Source: a virus. Taken from it: a DNA stretch of 64,000 nt. Both the position numbers and the translations under genes were made by a program. How positions within the stretch are numbered: position 1 is the first letter of the stretch; every line of letters starts with the position of its first letter. The DNA lies in IMG/VR virus record IMGVR_UViG_3300036770_003758, positions 38,211 to 102,210 of that record; one strand, given 5' to 3'. Under the pieces are notes generated by a model. The model had not been told where the DNA came from. It did no database searches and was given only the letters and a program-made list of their open reading frames with translations. Below, one piece after another: positions 48,117-58,498 of the stretch.

Positions 48117-49106
48117 ATGGAAAAAAAATCATTGTTTGAAGACCTAGTGTCTTTCGACGAACCAGTGAACTTGGAAGAACCTACAGAGGGTAAAGATCCA
48201 CAAAACCAGGAACCTAACGAGGATCCTGTTGAGCAAACAGAAGATGAAGTTAATGACGTAGAAGATGATCGTGTCAAAGTACTTTATGATATTATGGTAG
48301 ATTCTAATATCATAGAAGCTGACGAAGAGTTTAAACCTACTGTCGAAAACTTTGAAGAACTAGTATCTGTATTACCAGAGCACTTTTTAGCGCAAGCTGT
48401 AAGTAAGCTACCTGATTTTGTACAAGATATTATTCAACTTGGTTTTGAAAACCCTTCACTTTCTGTAGATGATATTTCCAAGTTCTTTGAAACCTATCAC
48501 GTTGCACAGGAAAGATTAGTAGAACCTACTACTGATGATGAAGCTTATGACTTTCTTAAGCCTGTGCTATTACAAACTAAGTTGTTTCCAACTGAAGCTA
48601 AGGCTGAAAAGTATCTAGACGATCTTCTGGATGAAGGTTTGCTTTTGGATAAGGCTAAAGAGGTATATCAAGAACGCTTAGAAGAACTTGATAAACTTAG
48701 GCAAGAAGAACTTAGTCAGGTATCTGCTATGCGCAAGCAAGCAGAAGAACAACAACGTGCGTTTTATGAGACGCTTTTTGACACTGTAGAAGATCTAGAT
48801 TGGGAATCTTCGCGTAAAAAGACAGTACTTGATAATCTACATCCAGATGAAGTACAACGTAAGAACCAGTTAATTGCGCAGTCTCCTAAAGCACTTGTAC
48901 AGCTCGCTGATATCTATTCGTATTTTAACGAAGATAAAGGCGAGTTTGATTTTAGTGATTTTGGTATACGTAAAGTATCCAAGAAACTTAAAGAAGATAA
49001 AGAGAATATTGAAAGGGATAGGGTGTCTTCACATCTATCTAAATTAAAAACAAACCCGAAAGATCCAGGTGGTTCTTTCTGGTCTTCATTTAAACAAACT
49101 AATTAA
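48117..49106 (+). CDS. Acidic scaffold-like protein
   Basis: Highly acidic and helical, between portal and capsid. Confidence 0.6.
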   Translation: MEKKSLFEDLVSFDEPVNLEEPTEGKDPQNQEPNEDPVEQTEDEVNDVEDDRVKVLYDIMVDSNIIEADEEFKPTVENFEELVSVLPEHFLAQAVSKLPDFVQDIIQLGFENPSLSVDDISKFFETYHVAQERLVEPTTDDEAYDFLKPVLLQTKLFPTEAKAEKYLDDLLDEGLLLDKAKEVYQERLEELDKLRQEELSQVSAMRKQAEEQQRAFYETLFDTVEDLDWESSRKKTVLDNLHPDEVQRKNQLIAQSPKALVQLADIYSYFNEDKGEFDFSDFGIRKVSKKLKEDKENIERDRVSSHLSKLKTNPKDPGGSFWSSFKQTN

Positions 49107-49117
49107 AATTATTAAAC

Positions 49118-50716
49118 ATGTTGAGACGTAGATCGGCACTTGAAAAAGTTGTACGCACTGGTTGGGGTGGATCTTATGCAGATTCATTCACACATGCACA
49201 ACTGTTCCGTAGTTATGGCCCTACGTATTTTGGTATGGTTGACGCACAACTTTTCTCTTCTGAGATAGAGTCAAATATCATTAACAAACCTTGGGTCTGG
49301 ATGACTATGGCTCAAGGCAATATGATGACAACCAAACCTGGGCATACGGATTATTGCTGGAGGCTTGCAGAAGACGTGCAAACTGATGCACGTATTACGC
49401 GAGTAGATTCTAGCTTACCTACTTATCCTGGAAAAGGTAACACACAGTTCAAGATTTATCTTGATCGTGGTTGGTTCCATGCACCAGTATTGTTGAAAAC
49501 AGATAGTGCAGATGCACCTCTGTTGCGTATTGTAGGTTCACCTGCACAAGTTAGTGCTACTGAATGGGAATATGTAGTTCAGTTGCAAACTGGTGACCCT
49601 AATGTTTACATCCTTCCTAAGTACCTTGAAGTTAACCGTAGGGTTATTGACGGTGGTACTTCTGTTGCAGATGAACTAAACTACGAATTTGGTGGTGACT
49701 ACTTCGGTAGCGTATTTGAGCTTCAGTCTCATATTGGTTACGTTGCACGTAAAGTAGAAGTTACCGATAAGTTTATTCGTCTTGAGATGGATGGTAAAAG
49801 CGATGGTATGAGCTATGGTATCTCTGGTAACGGCGGTGCTTATAGCGATGGTAAAGCAATCAGCGCTGGTTATTTGTACCAACCTGGTCTTAGCGATAAG
49901 ACTACACCTAAAGTTCTTGAGAAAGGTTCTTTCATCTCCATGGCTGAAGCTCGTCTTAGCGAGCGTCTTATGGAAGATAAGAACTTCATGATGGAATTTG
50001 GTCAGAATGAAGTTACGTATCACCCAGTTACCAAGCGTGTAATGAAAGTAGCTCCAGGTTGGAGGCAAGTACGTAAAGATGGCCACTATCATCCGCACAA
50101 CGGTTCGCTTACGCTGTACGATATCTATGATCGTATTCAGACGGTGTTTACTACGCGTTATGGTGTTGGTGAACCTGTAGTAGTACTGCGTACCGGTAAA
50201 GGTGGTATTGAGTGGTTCTCTAAACTTGTAAAGGACGAAGCTGGTCTTTCTCCGTTTACACTTCTGGATAGCTTCTTTGTATCTCGTACAAACTCTGAGA
50301 TTACACCTAACGCACTCAAGTTTGGTGCACAGTTCACTGAAATCTTGATGCCTAATGGTATTACGCTTAAAGTAATGTACGATCCTACTAAGGACAATCC
50401 TAGGTACTATCCTGAGAAAGTTCCTGGAACTAATTACTCTTACGAGTCTTATACGTTTGATGTTCTTGATCTTGGTAATACGGATGCAGCTCCAGCAGGT
50501 GCACGTACTAAGTCTAACATCTCTATGATCTATGAAGATGCTTACGAGTCTTACTTCATGGTAAGTAACGTATATGACATTATGAGCGGTGCTAAAAAGA
50601 ATGGTGAAACGGTATCTGTGCTTGATAAAGAAGCTGGTATTTACCGTGAATCTTCTTGTGCACTTGCAGTGTGGGATACTTCACGTATCTTGAGTATGCC
50701 TTACTTGGCACTTTAA
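49118..50716 (+). CDS. Major capsid protein
   Basis: 532 aa, crAss-like synteny, biased codon use, GWRQ and TGKGG motifs. Confidence 0.8.
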   Translation: MLRRRSALEKVVRTGWGGSYADSFTHAQLFRSYGPTYFGMVDAQLFSSEIESNIINKPWVWMTMAQGNMMTTKPGHTDYCWRLAEDVQTDARITRVDSSLPTYPGKGNTQFKIYLDRGWFHAPVLLKTDSADAPLLRIVGSPAQVSATEWEYVVQLQTGDPNVYILPKYLEVNRRVIDGGTSVADELNYEFGGDYFGSVFELQSHIGYVARKVEVTDKFIRLEMDGKSDGMSYGISGNGGAYSDGKAISAGYLYQPGLSDKTTPKVLEKGSFISMAEARLSERLMEDKNFMMEFGQNEVTYHPVTKRVMKVAPGWRQVRKDGHYHPHNGSLTLYDIYDRIQTVFTTRYGVGEPVVVLRTGKGGIEWFSKLVKDEAGLSPFTLLDSFFVSRTNSEITPNALKFGAQFTEILMPNGITLKVMYDPTKDNPRYYPEKVPGTNYSYESYTFDVLDLGNTDAAPAGARTKSNISMIYEDAYESYFMVSNVYDIMSGAKKNGETVSVLDKEAGIYRESSCALAVWDTSRILSMPYLAL

Positions 50717-50746
50717 TGTTTTAACAACCTATAAATAGAAGCAAGA

Positions 50747-51859
50747 ATGCAAGGTTTAAGACTGATTATAAAGCCTGTTCCTAGAGATTCAGTTCAACGC
50801 AGGCACCTTACACCAGTTAGGGTGTGGGATCCAGAGAAAAAGACGCTTGTTGATACGGGTCAAGTTACAGCACAAACTAAAGCTAAAGGTGCTGTAGAGA
50901 TTTTAAGTTTTATACCAAATTTACAAACAGGTAAGTTTGCAACAGGACTTGAAGAAATAGTACCCAATCCGTTTAAAGATATGGAGATACTTGCCTTAAA
51001 AGGTAGGTATCTCCTATCTGATGAGTGGGATTTAGTAGCTCCTCAGATTGTTAAGTCGGATAAAATTATGCGTCAAACCTGGTATGAAATCCTTGACAGT
51101 GTAGGGCCTAATAGTTATACACCATTGATGCCAAGGAATATTCAAACTATTGGCCCTATGCGTGTAACAAGTGATGAGAAAGTACCACGCACATTTATTG
51201 AAACGTTTAAAGTAACGCTTGTAGATGGCGCTAATGTATTTTTGTGGGATCATTCTAGATCGCGAATGGCTATACAATTGCTTAAAAACCATATTGCTGT
51301 AGCACCTACGCGTGAAGTAGCTAACCCTACGCTACATAACTGGTACATTGCACTTGAAGATGAAGAAGAACTTAGTCGCATAGAAATCGATGATCTTGAA
51401 AACGATGCTATTGCAGAACTTGTCATGCTTCAGAAGAATGCTCCTGAAGATCGCATGTACAAACTAGCAGTAGTACTTGATCTAGCTAGGGGTGAGATGT
51501 CACCGCTCGTTGTTAAAGATATGCTTAACAGGTATATCAAAAACAAGACTTCAGATAAGAAGTCACGTATTGAAAAGTTCACAGACACTGTATCTATCTT
51601 GAAAGAACAAGAGGGTAGGTTTAACGTGATGTATGCTGTAACACAAGCTATTAACGTTAGTCTAATGGTTTTTGATGCTGGTTTCTTGTATTGGAGGTCT
51701 AAAGCAGATCAAGCACAGATTTATCGTTGGCGCAGTAGAGAAGAGCTTATTGCTTTCCTCGAAGGTGAGTACGCTAAGTACAAGCCTAAATCTAAAGATA
51801 ACGGTGTAAATTATTACGCCGATCTTTTAGCTGAACTAGAAACTAGAGGTGTGAAATGA
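50747..51859 (+). CDS. Conserved protein downstream of the major capsid gene
   Basis: Synteny with the crAss-like capsid module. Confidence 0.6.
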   Translation: MQGLRLIIKPVPRDSVQRRHLTPVRVWDPEKKTLVDTGQVTAQTKAKGAVEILSFIPNLQTGKFATGLEEIVPNPFKDMEILALKGRYLLSDEWDLVAPQIVKSDKIMRQTWYEILDSVGPNSYTPLMPRNIQTIGPMRVTSDEKVPRTFIETFKVTLVDGANVFLWDHSRSRMAIQLLKNHIAVAPTREVANPTLHNWYIALEDEEELSRIEIDDLENDAIAELVMLQKNAPEDRMYKLAVVLDLARGEMSPLVVKDMLNRYIKNKTSDKKSRIEKFTDTVSILKEQEGRFNVMYAVTQAINVSLMVFDAGFLYWRSKADQAQIYRWRSREELIAFLEGEYAKYKPKSKDNGVNYYADLLAELETRGVK

Positions 51860-52560
51860 TTATAACAAAGATGCACTGGTTATTTAAGGAGAGGTACAAT
51901 AGGTCTTCTTCTAATTATTATCCTGATTATTCACCTGCTCAGATAGATCAACTATTGAACGCAGCGGGTGAAGATATGCTACATCAATTTGCAGCTAGAG
52001 AGGATAAGCAGATGTTCTTTGATATGATGTCACCTCTGTTGACTACTGGTGTACTAGAGCCTGTATCTAATGACGGTTCTGTATACAAGTTTGACTTATC
52101 GCAATTAGAAAAACCTTATTTCTACAATAAACGCATTGTAGCTAAGACTGATTGCGGTAGCGTAAAAGTTAATATTATCGGTCACGGTACGTTAAATGAT
52201 GTTCTAGCGGATGCGTTACAAAAGCCATCTAAAACATGGAACAGGATATACGGTGTATTTCAAGAAGGTGGTATCACGCTCTACACAGATCATATTGTAG
52301 ACAGTATTAAAATTGAATACTATCGTATACCTAAACCTGTGTTTTTTGGTGGTTATGATACTTTTGAATATCTAAATTGTTTGAAGTCAAGCACAAACTG
52401 CACTCAATTTTATTCAAAAGAGAGTAACACTCAAGACTGTGAATTTGATGCAAACTATCATACGCGAATCGTAGATTTTGCAGTAAGAGAAGCACAGCGA
52501 ACTCTAGGTCAACAGGAAATAGCCTTGACTGTTAATAAGGTGGATACATTATTGAACTAA
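51856..52560 (+). CDS. Tail ring / adaptor-like structural protein
   Basis: IDQLLNAA, IEYYRIPKPV, CEF...HTRIVDFAV pattern. Confidence 0.6.
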   Translation: MIITKMHWLFKERYNRSSSNYYPDYSPAQIDQLLNAAGEDMLHQFAAREDKQMFFDMMSPLLTTGVLEPVSNDGSVYKFDLSQLEKPYFYNKRIVAKTDCGSVKVNIIGHGTLNDVLADALQKPSKTWNRIYGVFQEGGITLYTDHIVDSIKIEYYRIPKPVFFGGYDTFEYLNCLKSSTNCTQFYSKESNTQDCEFDANYHTRIVDFAVREAQRTLGQQEIALTVNKVDTLLN

Positions 52561-52576
52561 AAAATTTTAATTAAAT

Positions 52577-53974
52577 ATGAAACGAACGAATCGTTCTCAA
52601 GCACCTATGGAGACTTTTCTCGTAGGTAAATCTAACCAGGCTATCGTTGTTAGTGGTGACTTGGTTACTGCTGGTACCTCTCTTAACATTGCTGATGGAC
52701 AACTTGGTGTACTCTCTGCAGATCCTAATGGCACTGTAAAGCCAGGTAAGTTTATTCCTGCTGCTACTACTGCAGCTCAGGTTAAAGCAATTGAGATTAT
52801 CCAAGGTACGCCTAACTCTTCGCAGACTACTGAAGTAAACGCGTTTGGTATTGGTCATAAAGCATATGTACGCTCTGGTGTTATCGTTAAAGATAAGATC
52901 CGCTCTGTATCTACGCTTGTATACCAGCACCCCAGGTATTCTATCTGGTATCTGCAAAGTGTATCTGGTATTACTGCTAATACTAGCTACTATGCAAACA
53001 TTACGCTTGAAGGTGAGCGTATTGACACTACTCATGGTATGAACCGTGAAGTAATCCGTCAGAGTGTTAAAGTACCTTCTACGCTTCCTACGAATGCAGC
53101 AGACTTTGTACTTCAGAACCTTGCTCTTAAGATTAACCAGTCTAGTAAGTTTGTAAACCCAAATACGAACTATTCTGGTAACAAGCCTATTATTGCTTTT
53201 GGTATTAAGTCTTCTGGTGGTTCTGGGACTACGATTGGTACGCTTACTAAGAACACTGCAGCATTTAACTTTGCTAAGTACACTGTAGGCGGCAGTGCTA
53301 TTCAATCTACATTTAAGACTGACCTTGATCTTATCAACTCGCTGAAAACTGCGATTGGTTCTGTTGCTGGTCTTTCTACTGCTACGATTGAAAACGTTGG
53401 TAACGTAGCTCCAGGTACTGCAGCTACTATCGATGGTCTTTTGATTATCGCATTCCGTGAAAAAGAAATCGCTGCATTTGACGATGTTAAAGAACTCTCT
53501 ATCCGCGCTGATGTTAACTTCGGTGCTGAGATGGGTGTAGCACAACCTGTGTATACGTTGACCCACGTATGTACACCTTCTGAAGGTGTAAACACTGGTC
53601 GTCAAGTATATCTGCGTTACGCTGATCGTGCAGAGCAACAAATCTTTACATTACAGAACTGGCCTATCAATGGTAAGCCATATCCTGCACCTGAGAACTA
53701 TCTGAGCAAAACTGGAAAGTACACTGTTACGATTATCGAATATTACGATAACGATAACGGTATTTCTGGTGAACACGAGTTTGTTAAAACTGCAGTCATT
53801 TGTTTGCCAGCAGCAATTTCTAGTGAAACTGTAGATGCGGACACTGGTCTTACGATTGCTACCAGTGATACATCTACGGTAACAGCATTGAACAACACAC
53901 TTTCTGCTTGGATTGCAGGTTCTGCAAATGTAGAGTATCTTGGTAGCGCTACATCAGGAACTATCTTTGTATAA
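52577..53974 (+). CDS. Structural protein (auxiliary capsid-like)
   Basis: 465 aa, T/A/G-rich, biased codon use, structural module. Confidence 0.6.
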   Translation: MKRTNRSQAPMETFLVGKSNQAIVVSGDLVTAGTSLNIADGQLGVLSADPNGTVKPGKFIPAATTAAQVKAIEIIQGTPNSSQTTEVNAFGIGHKAYVRSGVIVKDKIRSVSTLVYQHPRYSIWYLQSVSGITANTSYYANITLEGERIDTTHGMNREVIRQSVKVPSTLPTNAADFVLQNLALKINQSSKFVNPNTNYSGNKPIIAFGIKSSGGSGTTIGTLTKNTAAFNFAKYTVGGSAIQSTFKTDLDLINSLKTAIGSVAGLSTATIENVGNVAPGTAATIDGLLIIAFREKEIAAFDDVKELSIRADVNFGAEMGVAQPVYTLTHVCTPSEGVNTGRQVYLRYADRAEQQIFTLQNWPINGKPYPAPENYLSKTGKYTVTIIEYYDNDNGISGEHEFVKTAVICLPAAISSETVDADTGLTIATSDTSTVTALNNTLSAWIAGSANVEYLGSATSGTIFV

Positions 53975-54312
53975 TGGAAAAGTTTGTAGATACTTTTATT
54001 AATCAGTTAGCGAAAGCAAATCCTGCAACGGAAACCGTCTACTCTTTGATCTTATTGATCTTGGTAGCGGTTTCCGTTACTTTCTATCAACTCTATAAAA
54101 CTGAACGCAAAGAGAACAATGAGTGGGCTGAGAAAAGTATGAAAGTAGCTGAGCTTATGTCTACAATTCACTTGCGCTTAGAAGATCAACGTAAAGATAA
54201 AGGTAAGATCGATGAGTTTAACTATAAGATAGATACCTTAATTAAAAACGTTGAAGAGCTTAGAGAACTTAGAGATTTGCTTATTGCGATAAGGGAATCT
54301 GTAAACAAATGA
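53974..54312 (+). CDS. Holin-like single-TM coiled-coil protein
   Basis: VYSLILLILVAVSVTF followed by a coiled coil. Confidence 0.45.
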   Translation: MEKFVDTFINQLAKANPATETVYSLILLILVAVSVTFYQLYKTERKENNEWAEKSMKVAELMSTIHLRLEDQRKDKGKIDEFNYKIDTLIKNVEELRELRDLLIAIRESVNK

Positions 54313-54695
54313 AAAATTACTTTAAAACCGAAAACAGGGCGTTAAAAGAGTTTTCTCATAAGCTTTGCGAACTTGAAAACTTTGTGAACGAACATGTAAC
54401 TGACAATGTTCAATACCCTGATACTTACATAAGTGTAAAAAAGGATGTTAAAGTAAGGAACATTAAGAATGCAGAAGACCTTACTGATCCTGATGAACAA
54501 GAACACAGTGAAGCTTTTAGTGCTTGCGACTTTGTTAATAACTTGGTAATGGCACTTAAGTTTGAACAACGTGAGGGTTTTCCCAGCTACAACGAATGTG
54601 TACAAGATGTGATTAAATACCTTAAAGGCAAACACGAGTTACATTCTTTTATACCTGTAAAGAAAGGATTCATTATCGTTCAACTTAAAAAATAA
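54309..54695 (+). CDS. Hypothetical protein
   Basis: Coupled ORF. Confidence 0.7.
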   Translation: MKNYFKTENRALKEFSHKLCELENFVNEHVTDNVQYPDTYISVKKDVKVRNIKNAEDLTDPDEQEHSEAFSACDFVNNLVMALKFEQREGFPSYNECVQDVIKYLKGKHELHSFIPVKKGFIIVQLKK

Positions 54696-54701
54696 ATAAC
54701 A

Positions 54702-55277
54702 ATGAGCAAAGACAAACCTATCAATGATGTGATGCGAGCTATTATGATCGCCAGTCTTAAATTTTTTAGGTCACAAGTACTTAAACGTATTGACGATCAG
54801 AACGAGAATCTTGAAAAAGGTGTAGAGGTTAGCTTTATGCCTGTTGAAGATATCATACTTGCACTTAACGACAATGATCCTAATAACAAGGAACAAGTTA
54901 CCGCGATTATTTTAGATTGGATTAACGGACCTGTAGCAGATCTTGTAGAAGATATCTTTAAAGATCTTATTGAAAAGAACGATGATGAAAACATTAAAGC
55001 TGTTTTTTCTCAAGTTTTAATGTTAGGTATTGAAATACTTAAAGCATACAGCGATAACGACGAAAAAAACAAAGAGCAGCTTAAGGCAATCTTTGACAAG
55101 TTTATTGAAGCACCAGAAACTCAAGCGTTGATTACAGATAATATTCTTAGGCCAGTGCTTATTAAAATTATAAAAGATGAAACTTGGGCAGAATACATTA
55201 TAAGCTTGATAAAAAATTCTTTAGCTAGCTTAAAGCGTATTAAAAGCTCTGACAATAACAGCGTTAAATTAATTTAA
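54702..55277 (+). CDS. Hypothetical helical protein with an internal repeat
   Basis: ALNDNDPNNKEQV / AYSDNDEKNKEQL. Confidence 0.7.
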   Translation: MSKDKPINDVMRAIMIASLKFFRSQVLKRIDDQNENLEKGVEVSFMPVEDIILALNDNDPNNKEQVTAIILDWINGPVADLVEDIFKDLIEKNDDENIKAVFSQVLMLGIEILKAYSDNDEKNKEQLKAIFDKFIEAPETQALITDNILRPVLIKIIKDETWAEYIISLIKNSLASLKRIKSSDNNSVKLI

Positions 55278-55279
55278 TA

Positions 55280-55780
55280 ATGGTACTTGCACCAACTTAT
55301 AGCCTTATTACAATTACAAGTAGTCCTGCTATTACCGCTTTTGTAGCAGATAGTACTAAGGAACTCAAGCTAGATATTTGGTATAACTGTAATAAGTTTG
55401 ATACAATTACAGTACAACCTAATCAAATTGTAAACGGTACGATACAAATTACACCTGCTATGTTGTCCATGGCAAGTGAATTTAAAAATGGTGTTTACCG
55501 CATACGCCTTAAGTATTTAGCAACTACTGTTATTGAAGATAATGGACTCGCGTATATTGACAAGGGTATAAATTGCAGCCTTATTGATTTATTTAGCAAG
55601 CATATAGAATGTCTTGAGGGTAAATCTTGTGATGAGAATTATGCTTTTTGGGCATATGCTTTTCACAAGATCCTTCAAGACATTGTAATATGTGACGATC
55701 TGGTTTATGAAAACGCGTGTGTTGTGTACAACAAATTACAAACAATTTTAAACGAAGAAGTAGACTGTGGATGTAACTAA
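55280..55780 (+). CDS. Structural protein (Cys-rich C-terminus)
   Basis: FKNGVYRI, terminal DCGC. Confidence 0.6.
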   Translation: MVLAPTYSLITITSSPAITAFVADSTKELKLDIWYNCNKFDTITVQPNQIVNGTIQITPAMLSMASEFKNGVYRIRLKYLATTVIEDNGLAYIDKGINCSLIDLFSKHIECLEGKSCDENYAFWAYAFHKILQDIVICDDLVYENACVVYNKLQTILNEEVDCGCN

Positions 55781-56066
55781 CCAGTTATTGTGCAAGCTTA
55801 TTAAAGATGCTGCAAAGGTTTCTAAAAACTATGATTACATGATTTCATGTAATCCTGTAGAGTTTTGCTCAGACGTAAGTGATTATTTTGCATACACTTT
55901 AGCACCAGCTTGCAACGAAGATGTGCAGAGATATATCGAACGCAAGTATAAAAAGTTACCTCCTGTTACTATAACATCAGTTACACAAAAAAACTGTGAC
56001 ATTGATGTACAAGATGTTACTCCTTCTGTGATCTGTTTTCCAATAACTATACAAACATTACAATGA
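55767..56066 (+). CDS. Hypothetical Cys-rich protein
   Basis: Coupled ORF. Confidence 0.6.
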   Translation: MDVTNQLLCKLIKDAAKVSKNYDYMISCNPVEFCSDVSDYFAYTLAPACNEDVQRYIERKYKKLPPVTITSVTQKNCDIDVQDVTPSVICFPITIQTLQ

Positions 56067-57499
56067 TAAAAGTTGTCAAGCGTATAAAGATTACTACTGG
56101 TCAAGCGCCGTTCACGTATCAGTGGACTACGAGTAACAACTGCTTGACATTTTCACAAGCATCTGGTGTAGTCAACGGTGACGTGTTAGAGACTACATTA
56201 AATTTTGCTGATGAAACTTGTAACCCTACTATAAATCTAATTATAACCTCAGCGTGCGGTAACAGTGAAACATTCAATGTACCTGTTACATTACCTTGCG
56301 GAAACTTTACCTTAAACAATATAACTGCAAGTAAACATAAGTTTACAGTAACAGGGTCGTCTTCAGGTTGTTCTTCTGTAAATTTTAAGTGGGACTTCGA
56401 TTCTGCAGTGTGGGATTTAGTATCTCTGGTAGATTCTGCATTTAGTTCCACATTAGATTTAAAATTAAAAAAAGACTATAGCTTAAATACACCTATAAAA
56501 GTTACGGCCACAGACTGTAACAACTGTGTAAAAGAAGCTACATATACTTTTACTTCGACCTTGGACAAAGCTCCTGATGAAACCATTGTGCTTTATCCTA
56601 TTGAAAATTCTACAGGATATGAGTCAGGTGAAATTAACTTTAAGTTAATACCTGGAGGTGTAGCTAGTAGTATAACACAATCGTTACCTCCTGACATTGT
56701 TTCAACTAAGATAAAAGACGGTACGTTTAAGTACAGCTTTCCTTTGTTTTCTTTTCCAGAAAATAAGTTTGTAGCAGAAGGTAGTTATACTTTTTTCAAT
56801 GCAGATAATATAAGGACAGCTCCAGGTAAACTTACGTTTATATTAAAGCCTAAAGAAGAAACAAGCCCTATTAGTTTTCAACCTAAAGTTGTAAAATTAA
56901 AATGTGAATCTACACTTAACTCTATTACACTTATAGACATCACTGACGATGTTGTCGTTAAACAAGGTTTTGTAGTAGATTGGTCTTCATTCTTGTTGTT
57001 ATCTCCACCAGAACCTAGCTCACCTAGTATTAAATTAATATCTATCGACGGTAGACAATATATTGAGTACACGGCACCTGAGCCTATAACACAAGATGTA
57101 TTTCAATTTAGAATTTGTACTGGAACCACAGCCACAGGTCAACGTGGATGTACCACTGGGGTAGTTACAATTATTCCTTGTATTCAAGAACCAGAAGCAA
57201 TTAACGATACGTTTACTGTAGCGTCTAACACGACTACAGAGTTAAACATTTTGCTTAATGATTTAGGCAATGGATCTCCACCTAATGAAAACTCTATAGT
57301 AGTATCTGAAATACAAGCTGGTTTAACTGTAGTTATAGCTAATGGTAAAGCACTTGTAACAGTTCAATCTGGTGTTACAGGTACTAGAACGTTTAAATAC
57401 AAGTTTAAAAACTGGGCAGGTTACGAATCTAATGTAGCTACAGTTACTTTAAATGTAGTGAGTGCTGGTGTGAATACTAACGTAATACTTTGTGATTAA
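56063..57499 (+). CDS. Multi Ig-like (PKD / cadherin-like) domain protein
   Basis: GQAPFTYQW; PEAINDTFTV...LNILLND...FKY...SNVATVTLNV. Confidence 0.7.
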   Translation: MIKVVKRIKITTGQAPFTYQWTTSNNCLTFSQASGVVNGDVLETTLNFADETCNPTINLIITSACGNSETFNVPVTLPCGNFTLNNITASKHKFTVTGSSSGCSSVNFKWDFDSAVWDLVSLVDSAFSSTLDLKLKKDYSLNTPIKVTATDCNNCVKEATYTFTSTLDKAPDETIVLYPIENSTGYESGEINFKLIPGGVASSITQSLPPDIVSTKIKDGTFKYSFPLFSFPENKFVAEGSYTFFNADNIRTAPGKLTFILKPKEETSPISFQPKVVKLKCESTLNSITLIDITDDVVVKQGFVVDWSSFLLLSPPEPSSPSIKLISIDGRQYIEYTAPEPITQDVFQFRICTGTTATGQRGCTTGVVTIIPCIQEPEAINDTFTVASNTTTELNILLNDLGNGSPPNENSIVVSEIQAGLTVVIANGKALVTVQSGVTGTRTFKYKFKNWAGYESNVATVTLNVVSAGVNTNVILCD

Positions 57500-58497
57500 T
57501 GGCTACTACAATAATACTGTACGATCAACTTACGTCAGCAGATACGGGGGGTACTTGGAGTTATGTTGGTACAACAACTCCATTTCCACCTGCACCTAAT
57601 ACGTACAACGGAAGCATAGATTTTGCAGGTTATTCTCCTGGGTTATATGTTTACCGTTATACTAAAACCACGTCAGGTGTAACTGCTACTGCAGATGTAG
57701 CAATTACATGGCAAGGTAGTTCACCAGCAAGGATTAATGATACTTGTACTACGGCATTTGAAATACCAGGTACATTAGTTAAGCCATTTACTATTGTCGT
57801 ACAAGATGATAACCGTAGTATATGTCCTAATCTAAAAGCACCTAGTTTACCTTCACCTGCAGATTATCCTGCGCAATGGAACCAAGGTACTTACTCTGGT
57901 GACTTGTGGTATAAACTATACTTACCTGCAAAGTTTTATAACTACATGTTAGAAATAACTGTAGATAGTTCTACTTATAGTCTTACTACAGCAGCTCAGG
58001 GTGTAGCGTTACAAGTTTATAAAAATACACTTTCAGCAAATTGTGTAGACGATGAGCTTTTTGGATCTATAACAGCTTCAAAAACAAATAAAAGCTGTAC
58101 GCTTAAAGTTCCAATATGTGCTGATCTTGCTACACTAGTTAGGTTTAGAATTGCTTCAATAACACCTGGTAATTATAACATTACCACAAAAGTAATATGT
58201 GATATGGCAACTGTCATAAGTACAGAATATTTTGATTGCGACGTATCTTCAATACCAGTGTACAGAAAAGTACAAACTGTTCAAGATGTTAACGGCACTG
58301 GCATACTAACTTGGACGTTAGATAACGGTGATCTACCAGATAACATCATTGGATATTTTGAAGTATATGCGAACGGTAAGCGTTTAGATTACCCTGATGA
58401 ATTTACAGTACAAGAATTTGTAACTCCTGTTACATCTAGGATTACAATACTCAATCCTGTTGCGGGTACTTATTATACAATGATAAAATATTCATAA
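57499..58497 (+). CDS. Beta-rich structural / adhesin-like protein
   Basis: DTGGTWS...GLYVYRYT, NDTCTTAFEI...DLWYK, VYANGKRL. Confidence 0.65.
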   Translation: MATTIILYDQLTSADTGGTWSYVGTTTPFPPAPNTYNGSIDFAGYSPGLYVYRYTKTTSGVTATADVAITWQGSSPARINDTCTTAFEIPGTLVKPFTIVVQDDNRSICPNLKAPSLPSPADYPAQWNQGTYSGDLWYKLYLPAKFYNYMLEITVDSSTYSLTTAAQGVALQVYKNTLSANCVDDELFGSITASKTNKSCTLKVPICADLATLVRFRIASITPGNYNITTKVICDMATVISTEYFDCDVSSIPVYRKVQTVQDVNGTGILTWTLDNGDLPDNIIGYFEVYANGKRLDYPDEFTVQEFVTPVTSRITILNPVAGTYYTMIKYS

Positions 58498-58498
58498 G

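Noticed and set aside
52571-53641. 356-aa minus-strand ORF
   Set aside because: Antisense shadow of a structural gene; no recognisable motifs.
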